Shown in pieces: positions 39,052-50,559 of a stretch of 64,000 bases of DNA. The translations under genes were made by a program, and so were the position numbers. The notes under the pieces were generated by a model. That model was given only the letters and a program-made list of their open reading frames with translations, was not told the DNA's origin and searched no databases. Location: sequence record SRR20825019_200; one strand, given 5' to 3'. How positions within the stretch are numbered: the stretch's first letter is position 1; each line of letters starts with the position of its first letter.

Positions 39052-40389
39052 ATGGCCACAATCACATCGCTCGGTGTCGGTACGGGGCTGGACTTGGAAA
39101 ACATCGTCAGCAGTTTGATGCAGATTGAGCGTCAACCGCTGGCTCGCCTGGAAGGTAAAGAAAAAATCATCAATGCACAGATCAGTGCGTATGGTTCTTT
39201 CAAAAGTAAACTCTCCGCTTTCCAGACGGCGATGGAGTCTCTGGGCTCGGCATCGGCCTTTAAACAATACCAGTCCAGTTCACAGGACGAGGACATTTTC
39301 ACTTCCTCAGCCAGCAGTGATGCTGTTACAGGATCTTACAACATCAAGGTTAACTCGCTGGCTCAGCGTGACAAACTGGCATCTTCCGCCTATACAGACA
39401 CCACTAATCTGGGGCAGGGGACCTTGTCTATTGCAGTCGGTTCAGAAAGCTTTGATGTGGCGATTGACGGCACTAATAACTCCTTGGCAGGCATTCGAAA
39501 CGCGATTAACAATGCCACCGATAACACGGGCGTTGTTGCGTCGATTATTACTGACGACGCGGGAGCGCGCCTGGTATTAACCTCTGAAGATACCGGTACC
39601 GAGAATGCGGTCAATGTCTCTGTTTCCGGAGATTCTGACGGTAATGACACGGATGCCAGCGGTTTGTCAGCTTTCGTCAATGCCAATATGACGTCTATTA
39701 CTTCTGCAACGGATGCGGTTATCGAAATCGATAATTTCACCGTTACCAGCAGTTCTAATACGATCACTGATGCCATTGAAGGGGTCACTATCAATGCCAA
39801 ATCATTGGGAACTTCAACGCTCGAAATAAGCCGTAATGATGATGCGATTCTGGAGTCAGTGAAAGAGTTTGCCACGGCCTACAACGACCTGATGAAAGAA
39901 ATTAAAACCCAGCGTAGTGGACAGCTTGAAGCAGACAGTACCTTATTGACCATTGAGCGTCAGATCCGGGATGTATTTAATTCAGGTTCATCGATTACGG
40001 GCTCCGGTTTTCGTTATTTAATTGAAGGCGGTGTGTCAGTAGATAAAACCGGTGAAATGAAGGTGGATGAGGAGCAGGTTTCCTCGCTGCTGAATTCCGA
40101 CTTCAGTTCCTTTGTCAATCTGTTCTCTGCAGAGGGTGAGGGCTTTGCCAACCGATTGAATTCACTGGCTGATGGCTGGCTGCAGACGGATGGCTTGATC
40201 GATTCACGTGAAGACGGTCTCAATGCGCGGTTGGATAACATAGACAGGCAGCGCGACCGGATGGAAGCACGACTGGCCACCACTGAGGAGCGTATCAGAG
40301 CGCAGTATGTGGCGATGGATACCTTGGTCAGCAGTCTCAATTCGCAAGGGGATTATCTGTTATCGCAGTTATCCGCTTTGAACAAGTAA
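39052..40389 (+). CDS. fliD: Filament cap FliD
   Basis: MATITSLGVGTGLD, ISAYG, SSSNTITDAIEGVT, QYVAMD.LVSSLNSQ. Confidence 0.96.
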   Translation: MATITSLGVGTGLDLENIVSSLMQIERQPLARLEGKEKIINAQISAYGSFKSKLSAFQTAMESLGSASAFKQYQSSSQDEDIFTSSASSDAVTGSYNIKVNSLAQRDKLASSAYTDTTNLGQGTLSIAVGSESFDVAIDGTNNSLAGIRNAINNATDNTGVVASIITDDAGARLVLTSEDTGTENAVNVSVSGDSDGNDTDASGLSAFVNANMTSITSATDAVIEIDNFTVTSSSNTITDAIEGVTINAKSLGTSTLEISRNDDAILESVKEFATAYNDLMKEIKTQRSGQLEADSTLLTIERQIRDVFNSGSSITGSGFRYLIEGGVSVDKTGEMKVDEEQVSSLLNSDFSSFVNLFSAEGEGFANRLNSLADGWLQTDGLIDSREDGLNARLDNIDRQRDRMEARLATTEERIRAQYVAMDTLVSSLNSQGDYLLSQLSALNK

Positions 40390-40418
40390 ACTAGTATTAA
40401 TCATCAAGGGTTTGGAGT

Positions 40419-40817
40419 ATGCAGGAGATGGTGAACAAGAAAGCAATGGAAGGTTACGGCCGCGGCGCTATCGAATCTGAAGTTAACTACGCTTCACCTT
40501 ATCGCATCATTCAGATGCTGATGGAAGGTGCACTGGCAAGGTTAGCTACCGCAAAAGGCTGTATCGCCCGTAATGAAATTGCCGAGAAGGGGCGCCAGAT
40601 TGCATGGTGTATCCGTATCATCGAAGGCCTCAAAGCCAGCCTTGATGCAGAGCAGGGCGGCCAGATTGCTGACAATCTTGATGCTTTATACGATTACATC
40701 AATCGTCGCCTGTTGGATGCCAACATGAATAACGATGTCGAGATTCTGGATGAGGTCACTCGACTCATTGAAGAGATCAAAGAAGGCTGGGATGGTATTC
40801 CCGCAGAGTATCACTGA
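40419..40817 (+). CDS. fliS: Flagellin chaperone FliS
   Basis: ASPYRIIQMLMEG, GGQIADNLDALYDY, IKEGWDGI (exact start uncertain). Confidence 0.96.
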   Translation: MQEMVNKKAMEGYGRGAIESEVNYASPYRIIQMLMEGALARLATAKGCIARNEIAEKGRQIAWCIRIIEGLKASLDAEQGGQIADNLDALYDYINRRLLDANMNNDVEILDEVTRLIEEIKEGWDGIPAEYH

Positions 40818-41119
40818 TGAAAGAAATCGAGTTGTTGCAGGCAGCGATAGCAAATACCAAGGCCATGCTAACCGCTGCTGAACAAGGTGACTGGTCAAGC
40901 ATAGCTGAATTGGAAGTGGTTCGCAGCAATCAACTCGAACAGGCGTTTCCATTGCCTGAACACAGCGATACGGTATCTGTGAGCGCGCTGCTTGCGGAAC
41001 TGATTGAACTCAACCAGCAGGTTGAGACACATTGTTCTGAGGCAAGAAAATCCTTACAAACGGAACTGAGTCGGTTCACCCAGAAGAAACGGGCAGCTGC
41101 TGCTTATCGTTCTGTATAA
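40817..41119 (+). CDS. fliT: FliT chaperone
   Basis: ML.AAEQGDW..I..LE..R, C-terminal AAAAY; located after fliS. Confidence 0.8.
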   Translation: MKEIELLQAAIANTKAMLTAAEQGDWSSIAELEVVRSNQLEQAFPLPEHSDTVSVSALLAELIELNQQVETHCSEARKSLQTELSRFTQKKRAAAAYRSV

Positions 41120-41137
41120 AACCCTACAAATATCCCT

Positions 41138-41152
41138 GTCATTTTTTTGACA
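41138..41152. promoter_or_regulatory. Putative FleQ box overlapping a TTGACA hexamer upstream of fleQ
   Basis: GTCA-TTTTTT-TGAC fits GTCA-N6-TGAC; TTGACA at 41147-41152. Confidence 0.6.
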
Positions 41153-41233
41153 ATCACGCTGCAAAAATGCTTAACTCCATGCTTGAAATAAACGATTCGA
41201 TACTGTCGATCTGAGTGCAAGGCTGGAGTAAGT

Positions 41234-42649
41234 ATGAGTGGAAATCATGTGCTGGTAGTGGAAGGCGACACTGATCGGCGCGAGATGTTATCGACCCTTA
41301 TCGAGTTTGTTAACTGCCAGCCGGTGATTATCGACGAGCCGGAAGTCTGGTTTGATCAAATCGACAACCTCAACGACATCGTGATGGCTATTATCGGCGA
41401 CTGCGGTAATCGTCACACCACCAAACAACTCCTTCGAGAACTGGTCAATCATGAGGCCCGCGTTCCGGTTTTCACGCTGGACCTGCCTGGTAATGAGAGC
41501 ATTGAGTTTCCCGGCACTATTGGCTCACTACGTTTTCCGATTAAATACCCGCAACTGAATAACGCACTGCAACAAGCTACGATTTATCGTGGAGAAATTC
41601 AGCGTAACGAGACCAGCAACGGCAGTCTGTTCCGCTCTCTGGTGGGTAACAGCCGTGCTGTCAAACAGGTGCAGCGGATGATTGATCAGGTGGCTGACTC
41701 TGAAGCCAATGTGTTGATTCTGGGTGAGTCAGGCACGGGTAAAGAAGTGGTCGCACGCAATCTTCATCACTTCTCCAGCCGCCGTGATAAGCCCTTTGTA
41801 CCGGTCAACTGTGGCGCGATTCCAGGCGAACTGCTGGAAAGCGAACTGTTCGGTCATGAAAAGGGGGCTTTCACCGGCGCCATAACCGCTCGCAAAGGAC
41901 GCTTTGAACTGGCAGAGGGCGGTACGTTGTTTCTGGATGAAATCGGCGATATGCCACTGCCGATGCAGGTCAAGCTGCTGCGGGTATTGCAGGAGCGCAC
42001 CTTTGAACGCGTCGGCAGTAATAAAACCCAGACTGCCAATGTGCGGGTTATTGCTGCAACCCACCGTGATCTGGAAGTACATATCAACGAAGGTCGCTTC
42101 CGGGAGGATTTATTTTACCGTCTGAATGTCTTTCCGATTGAAATGCCGGCGCTGCGTGAACGCCCGGAAGATATCCCGCTATTGGTTAATGAACTGATTA
42201 AACGTATCGAGCATGAGAACCGCGGCACGGTGAACCTGACCCAGGCAGCAATGACATCGCTGTGTCGATATGGCTGGCCCGGTAATGTCCGGGAACTGGC
42301 CAATGTGGTGGAAAGACTGGTCATTCTCTATCCTTATGGCACGGTAGATTACGATGATCTACCTGCCAAGTATCAGCTTGAGGGTGATGCGCTGCCCGAG
42401 CAAATCACGGCAATTATCAACGCGGTGCCACAGGCCGAAAGCGCCCGCAACCTGTCCGACGCATTGGCGAAACCCGCTGAACAGACGAGCGAGGCAAACC
42501 TGGCTGAGTCTCTGGAATACATGCTGATCAAACAGGCCCTGGATGAGGCAACTGGTGTTGTGGCTCATGCCGCCCAGAAGCTGAAAATGCGCCGTACCAC
42601 CTTGGTTGAGAAGATGCGTAAATATGGGATCCAGCGTGAGGGTGAATAA
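41234..42649 (+). CDS. fleQ: sigma54 master regulator FleQ/FlrA
   Basis: FleQ N-domain, [37 protein letters not shown]. Confidence 0.96.
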   Translation: MSGNHVLVVEGDTDRREMLSTLIEFVNCQPVIIDEPEVWFDQIDNLNDIVMAIIGDCGNRHTTKQLLRELVNHEARVPVFTLDLPGNESIEFPGTIGSLRFPIKYPQLNNALQQATIYRGEIQRNETSNGSLFRSLVGNSRAVKQVQRMIDQVADSEANVLILGESGTGKEVVARNLHHFSSRRDKPFVPVNCGAIPGELLESELFGHEKGAFTGAITARKGRFELAEGGTLFLDEIGDMPLPMQVKLLRVLQERTFERVGSNKTQTANVRVIAATHRDLEVHINEGRFREDLFYRLNVFPIEMPALRERPEDIPLLVNELIKRIEHENRGTVNLTQAAMTSLCRYGWPGNVRELANVVERLVILYPYGTVDYDDLPAKYQLEGDALPEQITAIINAVPQAESARNLSDALAKPAEQTSEANLAESLEYMLIKQALDEATGVVAHAAQKLKMRRTTLVEKMRKYGIQREGE

Positions 42650-42664
42650 GCCACTCAATGCAGT

Positions 42665-42745
42665 GTCGGTCTTTTGACTGCCAAACTTGAAAGTTGTCCA
42701 AGTCATTGTAAATAAATAGAAAAAGTTTCAGGCATAGTAATTGCT
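42665..42745 (+). promoter_or_regulatory. fleSR promoter: FleQ-like box, IHF-like site and sigma54 motif
   Basis: GTCG-GTCTTT-TGAC (42665-42678); CAAGTCATTGTAA (42699-42711, IHF-like); AGGCAT-AGTAA-TTGCT (42730-42745). Confidence 0.75.
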
Positions 42746-42787
42746 ATCTCCCTGTCGTAAGGCATCAAGCCAATGGGAGCAGTAATA

Positions 42788-43972
42788 ATGAACCTGAAAC
42801 TATCAACCTCTACCGCTGACATCGTACGTCCGCCGGTTGGCCGCGCTTCGGCACTGAAACAGGCGGAACAATTCTGGCAGCCTGCGGGACAGTCCTGGCA
42901 GAGTGAAACCAGTGCTGACAAGCAGGAAGCGGATCGACTCGCAAACCGTCATAGCCGTTTGCTTGCAGTATTACCGGCCGGTGTGGTGGTGATTGATGGT
43001 GAAGGTATCGTGCAGGAAGCCAACGCTGCAGCGATTGATTTGCTGGGTGAACCGCTTTCCGGCGAGCGCTGGATTCATATTATTGATCGCGCCTTCAATC
43101 CCCAGCCGGGTGATGGTCATGACGTGTCATTACGCGACGGTCGTCTGGTTCATATTTCTACCAGTCCAATGGGTAGTGAACCCGGTCAGTTGATCCTGCT
43201 GCAGGATGTGACCGATACCCGCGCCCTGCAGAACAAAGTTTCCCACTTGCAGCGTCTGTCTACGATGGGCGAAGTAGCTGCCAGACTGGCGCATCAGATC
43301 AGAACCCCATTGTCATCCGCCCTGCTGTATCTCGCCCCGCTGTTGAAAGAAGACAGTGAAGCTGCGGTAAGGCATCGTTTTGCCGGACGCCTCAAGCACA
43401 GCCTGACCCATATGGAGCAACTGGTTCGAGATATGCTGGCATTCTCCCGCGGCAGCATGGCGTCGACTTCACCGGTTGCTATTACCAGCCTGCTCGATGA
43501 AGTCCTGCAGCAGTTTCAGTCCCAACCGCAATCTGAACAATTCCAGATCAGCATTCATAACAACGTTAATGATGGCCATGTATACGGCAGTCAGGCGGCG
43601 CTGGCGAGTGCTATTAATAACTTGCTGAATAACGCCCGTCAGGCGTGCGGTGATGAGGGCAACATCCGTATTTTTGCCGAGTTTGTTGAAGATAATAACC
43701 AGGCCTGGATTGATATCAGTGTCGAGGATAATGGCCCCGGCATCAGCGAGGCTGATCGCGACAAGATCCTGACTCCGTTCTACACCACCCGTGCCAACGG
43801 CACGGGGCTGGGCCTTGCTGTGGTGCAATCGATTGCCAAAGCACATAAAGGCGAGCTCTGGGTTGAGAGCGATGAAGGCGAGGGCAGCACCTTCGGTCTG
43901 CGCCTGCCAATTTACCAGTCACAAGTTCAAGCCGATGCCACTGCGGCAGTTCAACAGGAGTGTGTTTCATGA
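42788..43972 (+). CDS. fleS: PAS sensor histidine kinase FleS/FlrB
   Basis: DGHDVSLRDGR, LAHQIRTPLSSA, DNGPG, GTGLGL. Confidence 0.95.
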   Translation: MNLKLSTSTADIVRPPVGRASALKQAEQFWQPAGQSWQSETSADKQEADRLANRHSRLLAVLPAGVVVIDGEGIVQEANAAAIDLLGEPLSGERWIHIIDRAFNPQPGDGHDVSLRDGRLVHISTSPMGSEPGQLILLQDVTDTRALQNKVSHLQRLSTMGEVAARLAHQIRTPLSSALLYLAPLLKEDSEAAVRHRFAGRLKHSLTHMEQLVRDMLAFSRGSMASTSPVAITSLLDEVLQQFQSQPQSEQFQISIHNNVNDGHVYGSQAALASAINNLLNNARQACGDEGNIRIFAEFVEDNNQAWIDISVEDNGPGISEADRDKILTPFYTTRANGTGLGLAVVQSIAKAHKGELWVESDEGEGSTFGLRLPIYQSQVQADATAAVQQECVS

Positions 43973-45348
43973 ATCAGTCAACCATTCTGGTGGTAGAAGA
44001 CGATGCCAACCTGCGAGGAGCGCTTTGCGATACGCTGGAACTGGCCGGCTATCAGGTGACCGGCATGGAACATGGCCAGTCTGCTTTGGATACCATCGCC
44101 AGTCAGCCGGTCAGTCTGCTGCTGAGTGATCTGCAGATGCAGCCGATGGACGGCCATACCCTGCTGAAAAAAGCCAAAGCGATGATGCCTGATTTGCCGG
44201 TCGTGATGATGACCGCCTATGGCACGGTACAGAGTGCGGTCGAGGCGATGCATCAGGGCGCCTCAGATTACCTGCTCAAACCGTTTGAAGCCGATGAGTT
44301 ACTGGCCCGTGTGCAGCGTTATGTCAGTCAACTGGGACAGGAAGAAGGCGATATGGTGGCCGAGTCCCGTGTTTCAAGAGAATTACAGGCTTTGGCCAAG
44401 CGCGTGGCTGACAGTGATGCGACTGTATTAATTAATGGCGAAAGTGGTACCGGTAAGGAAGTGCTGGCGCGTTATCTCCACAGCCATTCTTCGCGTATTG
44501 ATAAACCCTTCGTCGCGATTAACTGTGCCGCTATTCCGGAAAATATGCTGGAAGCGACGCTGTTTGGTTATGAAAAAGGGGCTTTCACCGGCGCCAGTCA
44601 GGCCTATGCCGGTAAATTCGAACAGGCTAATCACGGCACGATTCTGCTCGATGAGATCTCAGAGATGGATCTGGCATTGCAGGCCAAACTGTTGCGTGTG
44701 CTGCAGGAAAAAGAAGTGGAGCGCATCGGCGGCCGTAAGGTGTTGTCACTTGATGTGAGAGTGCTGGCCACCACCAACCGGACCTTACGTGATGAAGTGA
44801 AAGCCGGTCGTTTTCGTGAGGATTTGTTCTACAGGCTGAATGTCTTTCCGCTGCAGATTTCGCCCTTGCGCGAGCGTCGTGACGATATTCTGGCTCTGTC
44901 TCAGCGACTGCTGAGCAAACACGCCAGCCAGAGCGGGCGGGTGGCACCGGTGCTTGACCAGTTTGCCCGTGACAAGCTGTTGTCACACAGCTGGCCCGGT
45001 AATGTGCGTGAACTCGATAATGTGCTGCAACGGGCGCTCATTCTGCAAAGCGGGGAAACCCTCAGCGGTGATGATATTGCCTTCGAAGCACTGTCTGGCG
45101 CAGAACAAAACCCGGTCATAGTGGAAGTGGATGCTACCGATCCCACTGTCACAGCGATGACGGATGGTCAGGATCTGCGTAGCCAGGAACAGCGTCATAT
45201 TCTCGACATGCTGGAAAAAAATCAGGGCAGCCGTCGATTGACTGCCAGAGAGCTGGGCATCAGTGAACGTACGCTGCGTTACAAGATTGCGCGCTTCCGT
45301 GACCAGGGTGTCGATATTCCTGACAAAACTGGCAAGAAGTCTGCATAG
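43969..45348 (+). CDS. fleR: sigma54 response regulator FleR/FlrC
   Basis: Receiver domain, [25 protein letters not shown]. Confidence 0.95.
   Translation: MNQSTILVVEDDANLRGALCDTLELAGYQVTGMEHGQSALDTIASQPVSLLLSDLQMQPMDGHTLLKKAKAMMPDLPVVMMTAYGTVQSAVEAMHQGASDYLLKPFEADELLARVQRYVSQLGQEEGDMVAESRVSRELQALAKRVADSDATVLINGESGTGKEVLARYLHSHSSRIDKPFVAINCAAIPENMLEATLFGYEKGAFTGASQAYAGKFEQANHGTILLDEISEMDLALQAKLLRVLQEKEVERIGGRKVLSLDVRVLATTNRTLRDEVKAGRFREDLFYRLNVFPLQISPLRERRDDILALSQRLLSKHASQSGRVAPVLDQFARDKLLSHSWPGNVRELDNVLQRALILQSGETLSGDDIAFEALSGAEQNPVIVEVDATDPTVTAMTDGQDLRSQEQRHILDMLEKNQGSRRLTARELGISERTLRYKIARFRDQGVDIPDKTGKKSA
45330..45345 (+). promoter_or_regulatory. sigma54 promoter of fliEFGHIJ (inside the fleR 3' end)
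   Basis: TGGCAA-GAAGT-CTGCA. Confidence 0.72.
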
Positions 45349-45396
45349 ACTTTTCAAGCCTTTTGCTAGCTACTTTTATCCCCGTGGGAGAAATTC

Positions 45397-45732
45397 ATGA
45401 TTAACGCGATTGACCCGAACCAGCTATTGACTCAGATGCGAGCCATGCAGGCTCAAGCCAATGACAACGTCAAACCGGCACCTGCCCAGGAAGGTCAGGG
45501 AAGCGACCGGGTGGACTTCTCCAAGGTGATGCAGAATGCAGTGGGCCAGGTTAATGAGTTGCAACAAAGCTCCGGCGATTTGAAAACCGCTTTTGAGATG
45601 GGGGATCCCAACGTCAATCTGGCTGATGTCATGATTGCATCGCAGAAGGCCAGTGTCGCTTTCGAAGCAACCATGCAGGTCCGTAACAAAATGGTAGAGG
45701 CGTATCAGGAAGTGATGCGCATGTCGATTTAA
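45397..45732 (+). CDS. fliE: FliE
   Basis: DVMIASQKASVAF..MQVRNKMVEAYQEVMRM. Confidence 0.96.
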   Translation: MINAIDPNQLLTQMRAMQAQANDNVKPAPAQEGQGSDRVDFSKVMQNAVGQVNELQQSSGDLKTAFEMGDPNVNLADVMIASQKASVAFEATMQVRNKMVEAYQEVMRMSI

Positions 45733-45761
45733 TCGCCCTTTAGTCTGAATTAGAGAAAGCC

Positions 45762-47459
45762 ATGGAAAACGTCCCTGCCACCACTGCTAATCAAGCCAAT
45801 ATGAATGCTCCTGCTCCGCGGCCTACCACGCCGCTGGCGGCAATGCAGAACAATCTCACCCGTCAGCCGGTGGTCAAGCAGATGCTGTTTCTGCTGGCAA
45901 TTGCTGCCAGCATTGCTGTTGGTGGCTGGGTATTGATGTGGTCTCAAACCCCTTCCTATCAGGTGCTGTTTGCCAATATGGCACCGCAGGAATCGACTGA
46001 AGTTGTCGATGTGCTCGCGCAGATGGGCGTGGATTATAAACTGGATCCCGCGACGGGGGCCCTGATGGTCCCGGCCGGTGAAGTCCAGAATCTGCGGATG
46101 CGGCTGGCCGCGGAAGGCCTGCCTCGCAGCACCTCGCAGGGGATGGAAATGCTGAACCAGGATCAGGGCTTCGGCACCAGTCAGTTTATCGAAAGGGCGC
46201 GTTATCAGCGGGCGCTGGAAGAGGAACTGTCACGCTCTATCTCTGAACTCAATAACGTCAAGAGCGCCCGTGTTCACCTGGCCATCCCCAAACAATCCGT
46301 GTTTGTTCGTGATCGCAAAGATCCGACGGCTTCTGTTGTCGTTAATCTTTACGCCGGCCGATCACTGGAGAAAGGCCATATCAACGCGATCACGCATATG
46401 GTCGCCTCAAGCGTCCCCAATATGACCAATGCTGATGTCACAGTGGTCGATCAGCGCGGCAATCTGCTGACCCAACCTGAACGCGAAGCCGGCATTGCCA
46501 TGAGCGACAGCCAGCTCGAATACACGCAGAAGGTCGAAAAGCTCTATATCAGCCGGATAGAAGATATCCTGACCCCGATTGTGGGTATGAATGGTGTTCG
46601 TGCCCAGGTGGTGGCCGATATTGACTTCACCATGACCGAACAGACCCAGGAAAGTTATAACCCGGATATGGGCGCCTTACGTAGCGAACAGATCCGTGAA
46701 GAAGCCCGTGTCGGCGCCAACGGTGCTGTCGGTGTCCCCGGTGCCCTGACTAATCAACCGCCAGGTGGCGGTGTTGCGCCAGAGGAGACAGCCAATGTTG
46801 ATGAAGATGGCAACCCGATACCGGCACCGCGTCCAGAGTCTTCGACCATGAGCGCAACCCGTAACTTTGAACTGGACCGTACGATCAGTCATACCCGTGC
46901 GGCGCCCGGTGAAGTCAGAAAGCTGAGTGTGGCGGTGCTGGTGGATGAACGCCGCAGCGTCGATGCCGAAGGTAATGTTGTCTCCACGCCTTTAAATGAA
47001 GCGGAAATGAATCGTATCAATGCACTGGTGACCGATGCCATCGGCTTTAATCCGGCCCGTGGTGACAGTCTGAATATTGTCAATGCCGCCTTTGCTGCAC
47101 CGGAAAATATTGAGCCGTTGCCGGAAAAACCTATCTGGGAGCAGGCCTGGGTCTGGACTGTAGCGAAGCAGGCAGCCGGTGCGCTGGTGGTCTTGTTCCT
47201 GATTTTCGGCGTGATTCGCCCGGCATTCAGAGATATGAGTAAAGTACCGGCAGAAGCCAGTAACAATAATGCTGCAGCTGAATTGGCCGCTCAGCAGGCG
47301 CTGTCCAACAAGGGTGGCGTCAGCAGTGAAGAGATTGCTAAACTTGCCAAAGGCTCGGACCAAATGGAAGAGCAATTAAGTAATGTTCGAAGCCTGGTGC
47401 AGCAAGATCCCGCGCTGGTGGCACAAGTGGTCAAGAACTGGACAGCGAGTGATGCCTGA
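45762..47459 (+). CDS. fliF: MS-ring protein FliF
   Basis: FGTSQF, ARVHLAIPKQSVF, GVPGALTNQPP, RGDSL. Confidence 0.97.
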   Translation: MENVPATTANQANMNAPAPRPTTPLAAMQNNLTRQPVVKQMLFLLAIAASIAVGGWVLMWSQTPSYQVLFANMAPQESTEVVDVLAQMGVDYKLDPATGALMVPAGEVQNLRMRLAAEGLPRSTSQGMEMLNQDQGFGTSQFIERARYQRALEEELSRSISELNNVKSARVHLAIPKQSVFVRDRKDPTASVVVNLYAGRSLEKGHINAITHMVASSVPNMTNADVTVVDQRGNLLTQPEREAGIAMSDSQLEYTQKVEKLYISRIEDILTPIVGMNGVRAQVVADIDFTMTEQTQESYNPDMGALRSEQIREEARVGANGAVGVPGALTNQPPGGGVAPEETANVDEDGNPIPAPRPESSTMSATRNFELDRTISHTRAAPGEVRKLSVAVLVDERRSVDAEGNVVSTPLNEAEMNRINALVTDAIGFNPARGDSLNIVNAAFAAPENIEPLPEKPIWEQAWVWTVAKQAAGALVVLFLIFGVIRPAFRDMSKVPAEASNNNAAAELAAQQALSNKGGVSSEEIAKLAKGSDQMEEQLSNVRSLVQQDPALVAQVVKNWTASDA

Positions 47460-48469
47460 TGGCCGAAGAAGTTAGAAAACTGAGCGGTACTGAAAGAGCA
47501 GCAGTGTTTCTGCGCTCAATCGGGGAAGCCGATGCGGCGGAAGTTCTCAAGCACATGAGCCCGAAAGAAGTGCAGAAAGTGGGTCAGGCGATGGCCACGC
47601 TGAATAATGTGACTCGTGAGGAAGTACAGAACGTCCTCGGCAGTTTTGTCACCACGGTGGAACAGGAAACCGGCCTCGGTATCGGTTCGCACGATTATGT
47701 ACGCAAAATGCTGGTCGGTGCACTGGGTGAGGATCGTGCCGGCAGCCTGCTTGACCGGATACTTTCCGGCAGCAATACCAACGGCCTGGAACAGCTTAAA
47801 TGGATGGATGCCCGCGGCATCTATGAAGTGATCCGGCTGGAGCATCCGCAGATCATTGCCATTGTTTGCTCGTTTCTGGATGCCGATCAGGCTGCCGAAG
47901 TATTGTCACTGTTTCCTGAAAGGGATCAATCAACCATCCTGCTGCGCATCGCGACACTGGATGGAGTCCAGCCTGCCGCTTTGTCCGAGCTTAATGAAAT
48001 TCTGGAAAAACAATTCAGCGGTAATGCCGGTGCTCAGACCACCACTGTCGGCGGCCTGAAAACGGCAGCGGATATTCTCAACTTTTTCGATAGTACCAGT
48101 GAAGCGGCGATCATCGATAAGATCAAAGAGTCTGAGCCGGATCTGGGGCAAAACATTGAAGATCTGATGTTTGTCTTCGACAATCTGAATGAAGTTGACG
48201 ATCGCAGCATCCAGACCCTGATGCGTGAGATCCAGACCGATCAGCTGCAATTGGCGTTGAAAGGGGCCGACGAGAACCTGAAAGAAAAATTCCTCAACAA
48301 TATGTCACAACGTGCCGCTGAAATGATGCGTGATGATCTTGAGGCGATGGGCCCGGTCAGACTCAGCGATGTAGAAGGTGCGCAGAAAGCCATTCTGGCG
48401 ACAGCGCGCAATCTGGCCGAAAAAGGGGAAATCATGCTGGGCGGTGGAGCCGGCGATGACTACATCTGA
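47459..48469 (+). CDS. fliG: Motor switch FliG
   Basis: EHPQIIA, MFVFDN, GPVRLSDVE. Confidence 0.98.
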   Translation: MAEEVRKLSGTERAAVFLRSIGEADAAEVLKHMSPKEVQKVGQAMATLNNVTREEVQNVLGSFVTTVEQETGLGIGSHDYVRKMLVGALGEDRAGSLLDRILSGSNTNGLEQLKWMDARGIYEVIRLEHPQIIAIVCSFLDADQAAEVLSLFPERDQSTILLRIATLDGVQPAALSELNEILEKQFSGNAGAQTTTVGGLKTAADILNFFDSTSEAAIIDKIKESEPDLGQNIEDLMFVFDNLNEVDDRSIQTLMREIQTDQLQLALKGADENLKEKFLNNMSQRAAEMMRDDLEAMGPVRLSDVEGAQKAILATARNLAEKGEIMLGGGAGDDYI

Positions 48470-49151
48470 TGACGATACCCTGGTTACCAGGCACACCAAT
48501 ATCTTATCGGCGGAAGAGCTCGCCGATGCTTTTGAGCGCTGGGAGGCGCCGAGAATGGTCTCGGTCAGCGATGTCGAGGGCGATGCGAGCATGCTTAATG
48601 TTAAAGCCATCGAAGCCTTACAGCAGCAGGCACAGGAAGAAGGTTACAAAGCCGGTTTTGAAGAAGGCCATAAAGCCGGTATGGAAGCCGGTCAGGAAGC
48701 CGGAAAAAAAGACATTCAGCAGCAGTTAGCCTATCTGCAGCAGATCCTTGGCAGCCTTGAGCAGCCGTTGACTGATCTGGATCAGCAGATTGAAAAGGAT
48801 CTGGTTAATCTCGCCATCACTATGACGCGTCAGTTGCTTCGGCGTGAACTCAAACAAGAGCCGGAACATGTGATAGGGGCAATGCGTGCCGCGTTGCAGG
48901 CCCTGCCGGTCAGTGATCGCAAACTCAAAATTTATGTCCACCCGGATGATCTGACCATTATCCAGAAAGGTCTGTCGCTGGAAGGCGATGACAACTCGCG
49001 CCAGTGGATCGAAGATCCGCTGCTGACCCGTGGCGGTGTCAGACTGGAAACCGCCGACACGACCATCGATGCGACGGTGGAAGCCCGACTCAACAGTGTC
49101 ATCAGCAGACTACTCGGTGAAGAGCGCGGAGAAGCCGATGGCGGTGAATAA
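48456..49151 (+). CDS. fliH: FliH
   Basis: GxxxG repeats [31 protein letters not shown]. Confidence 0.94.
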   Translation: MTTSDDDTLVTRHTNILSAEELADAFERWEAPRMVSVSDVEGDASMLNVKAIEALQQQAQEEGYKAGFEEGHKAGMEAGQEAGKKDIQQQLAYLQQILGSLEQPLTDLDQQIEKDLVNLAITMTRQLLRRELKQEPEHVIGAMRAALQALPVSDRKLKIYVHPDDLTIIQKGLSLEGDDNSRQWIEDPLLTRGGVRLETADTTIDATVEARLNSVISRLLGEERGEADGGE

Positions 49152-50559
49152 CCGGCAACCGCAGTGGCAGCAAAAGCTGCAGGAATACCAGCAACGGCTT
49201 GATAGTGACAGCAGCAACGATGTTCTGGTGGAAGGCCGTCTGACCCGGATGGTCGGTCTGACCCTGGAAGCGGTGGGTTTTCAGGCGCCGGTCGGTAGTC
49301 GCTGTGAAGTGTTGGGCAGTGGTCAGAAACCAATTGAAGCCGAAGTCGTCGGTTTTGCCGGAGAAACTTTATACCTGATGCCGACCGGTGATATGCGAGG
49401 TCTGGTACCTAATGCCAAAGTGCGTCCTATCCGCAGTGATTCCCAGGTGCCGGTGGGTGAGGGCATGCTGGGCCGTGTCGTTGATGGTGCCGGTAAACCG
49501 CTGGACGGCAAAGGCCCGCTTAAAGTCAGAGACAAAATGCCACTGCATGGCGAACCGGTCAATCCGCTGGCGCGATCGCCGGTGCGCAAACATCTGGACG
49601 TCGGTGTGCAGAGTATTAATGCCCTGCTCAGTATCGGCCGTGGTCAGCGTATGGGGCTGTTTGCCGGCAGTGGTGTCGGTAAAAGCGTGCTGTTGGGCAT
49701 GATGACCCGCTTTACCGAAGCCGATGTCATTGTTGTCGGCCTGATTGGTGAGCGTGGCCGCGAGGTGAAAGAATTTATTGAAGATATTCTGGGGGAAGAA
49801 GGTTTGTCCCGTTCGGTGGTGGTTGCCTCCCCGGCCGATCATTCACCGTTGATGCGTTTGCATGGCGCCATGCTGGCGACCTCGATCGCTGAGTATTTCC
49901 GCGATCAGGGCAAGCAGGTGCTGCTGCTGATGGATTCGCTGACCCGTTTTGCCCAGGCCCAGCGTGAGATTGCCCTCGCTATTGGTGAACCACCTGCAAC
50001 CAAAGGTTATCCCCCTTCCGTGTTTTCCCTGTTGCCGCAACTGGTCGAGCGTGCCGGTAATGGTCCGGCCGGTGGTGGTGCGATTACCGCGATTTATACC
50101 GTGCTCACCGAGGGCGATGATCAGCAGGACCCGGTCGCTGATGCGGCTCGTGCCATTCTCGATGGCCATATTGTGCTTTCACGTCAACTGGCAGAATCCG
50201 GCCAATATCCGGCGGTGGATGTGGAAGCTTCCATCAGCCGGGTCATGCCGCAGATTGTTGATGCCGAGCATTTGCAACGCGCTCAGCAGTTCAAACAGCT
50301 TTATTCGACTTACCGCCAGAACCAGGATCTTATCAGTGTCGGCGCATACAGCCGTGGCAGTGATCCCCTGATTGATGAAGCCATCGCGATGTACCCGGCA
50401 TTGTTGCAATTGTTGCGACAAGGTATGGATCAGGCTGTAGACTGGCAACAAAGTGTGCAGCGTTTGCAGCAGGTGACAGAGATGCGTAAACAGTTGCAGA
50501 ATCAGCCTCGTCAGGGGCAACAGACACCGGCTGTTATAGAGGGCAACCGGCGTTTCTAG
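49138..50559 (+). CDS. fliI: Export ATPase FliI
   Basis: [41 protein letters not shown]. Confidence 0.97.
   Translation: MAVNNRQPQWQQKLQEYQQRLDSDSSNDVLVEGRLTRMVGLTLEAVGFQAPVGSRCEVLGSGQKPIEAEVVGFAGETLYLMPTGDMRGLVPNAKVRPIRSDSQVPVGEGMLGRVVDGAGKPLDGKGPLKVRDKMPLHGEPVNPLARSPVRKHLDVGVQSINALLSIGRGQRMGLFAGSGVGKSVLLGMMTRFTEADVIVVGLIGERGREVKEFIEDILGEEGLSRSVVVASPADHSPLMRLHGAMLATSIAEYFRDQGKQVLLLMDSLTRFAQAQREIALAIGEPPATKGYPPSVFSLLPQLVERAGNGPAGGGAITAIYTVLTEGDDQQDPVADAARAILDGHIVLSRQLAESGQYPAVDVEASISRVMPQIVDAEHLQRAQQFKQLYSTYRQNQDLISVGAYSRGSDPLIDEAIAMYPALLQLLRQGMDQAVDWQQSVQRLQQVTEMRKQLQNQPRQGQQTPAVIEGNRRF

Noticed and set aside
45310-45324. FleQ box GTCG-N7-TGAC before the fliE promoter
   Set aside because: The spacing is one base longer than the other two boxes and it lies in coding sequence; too uncertain to call.
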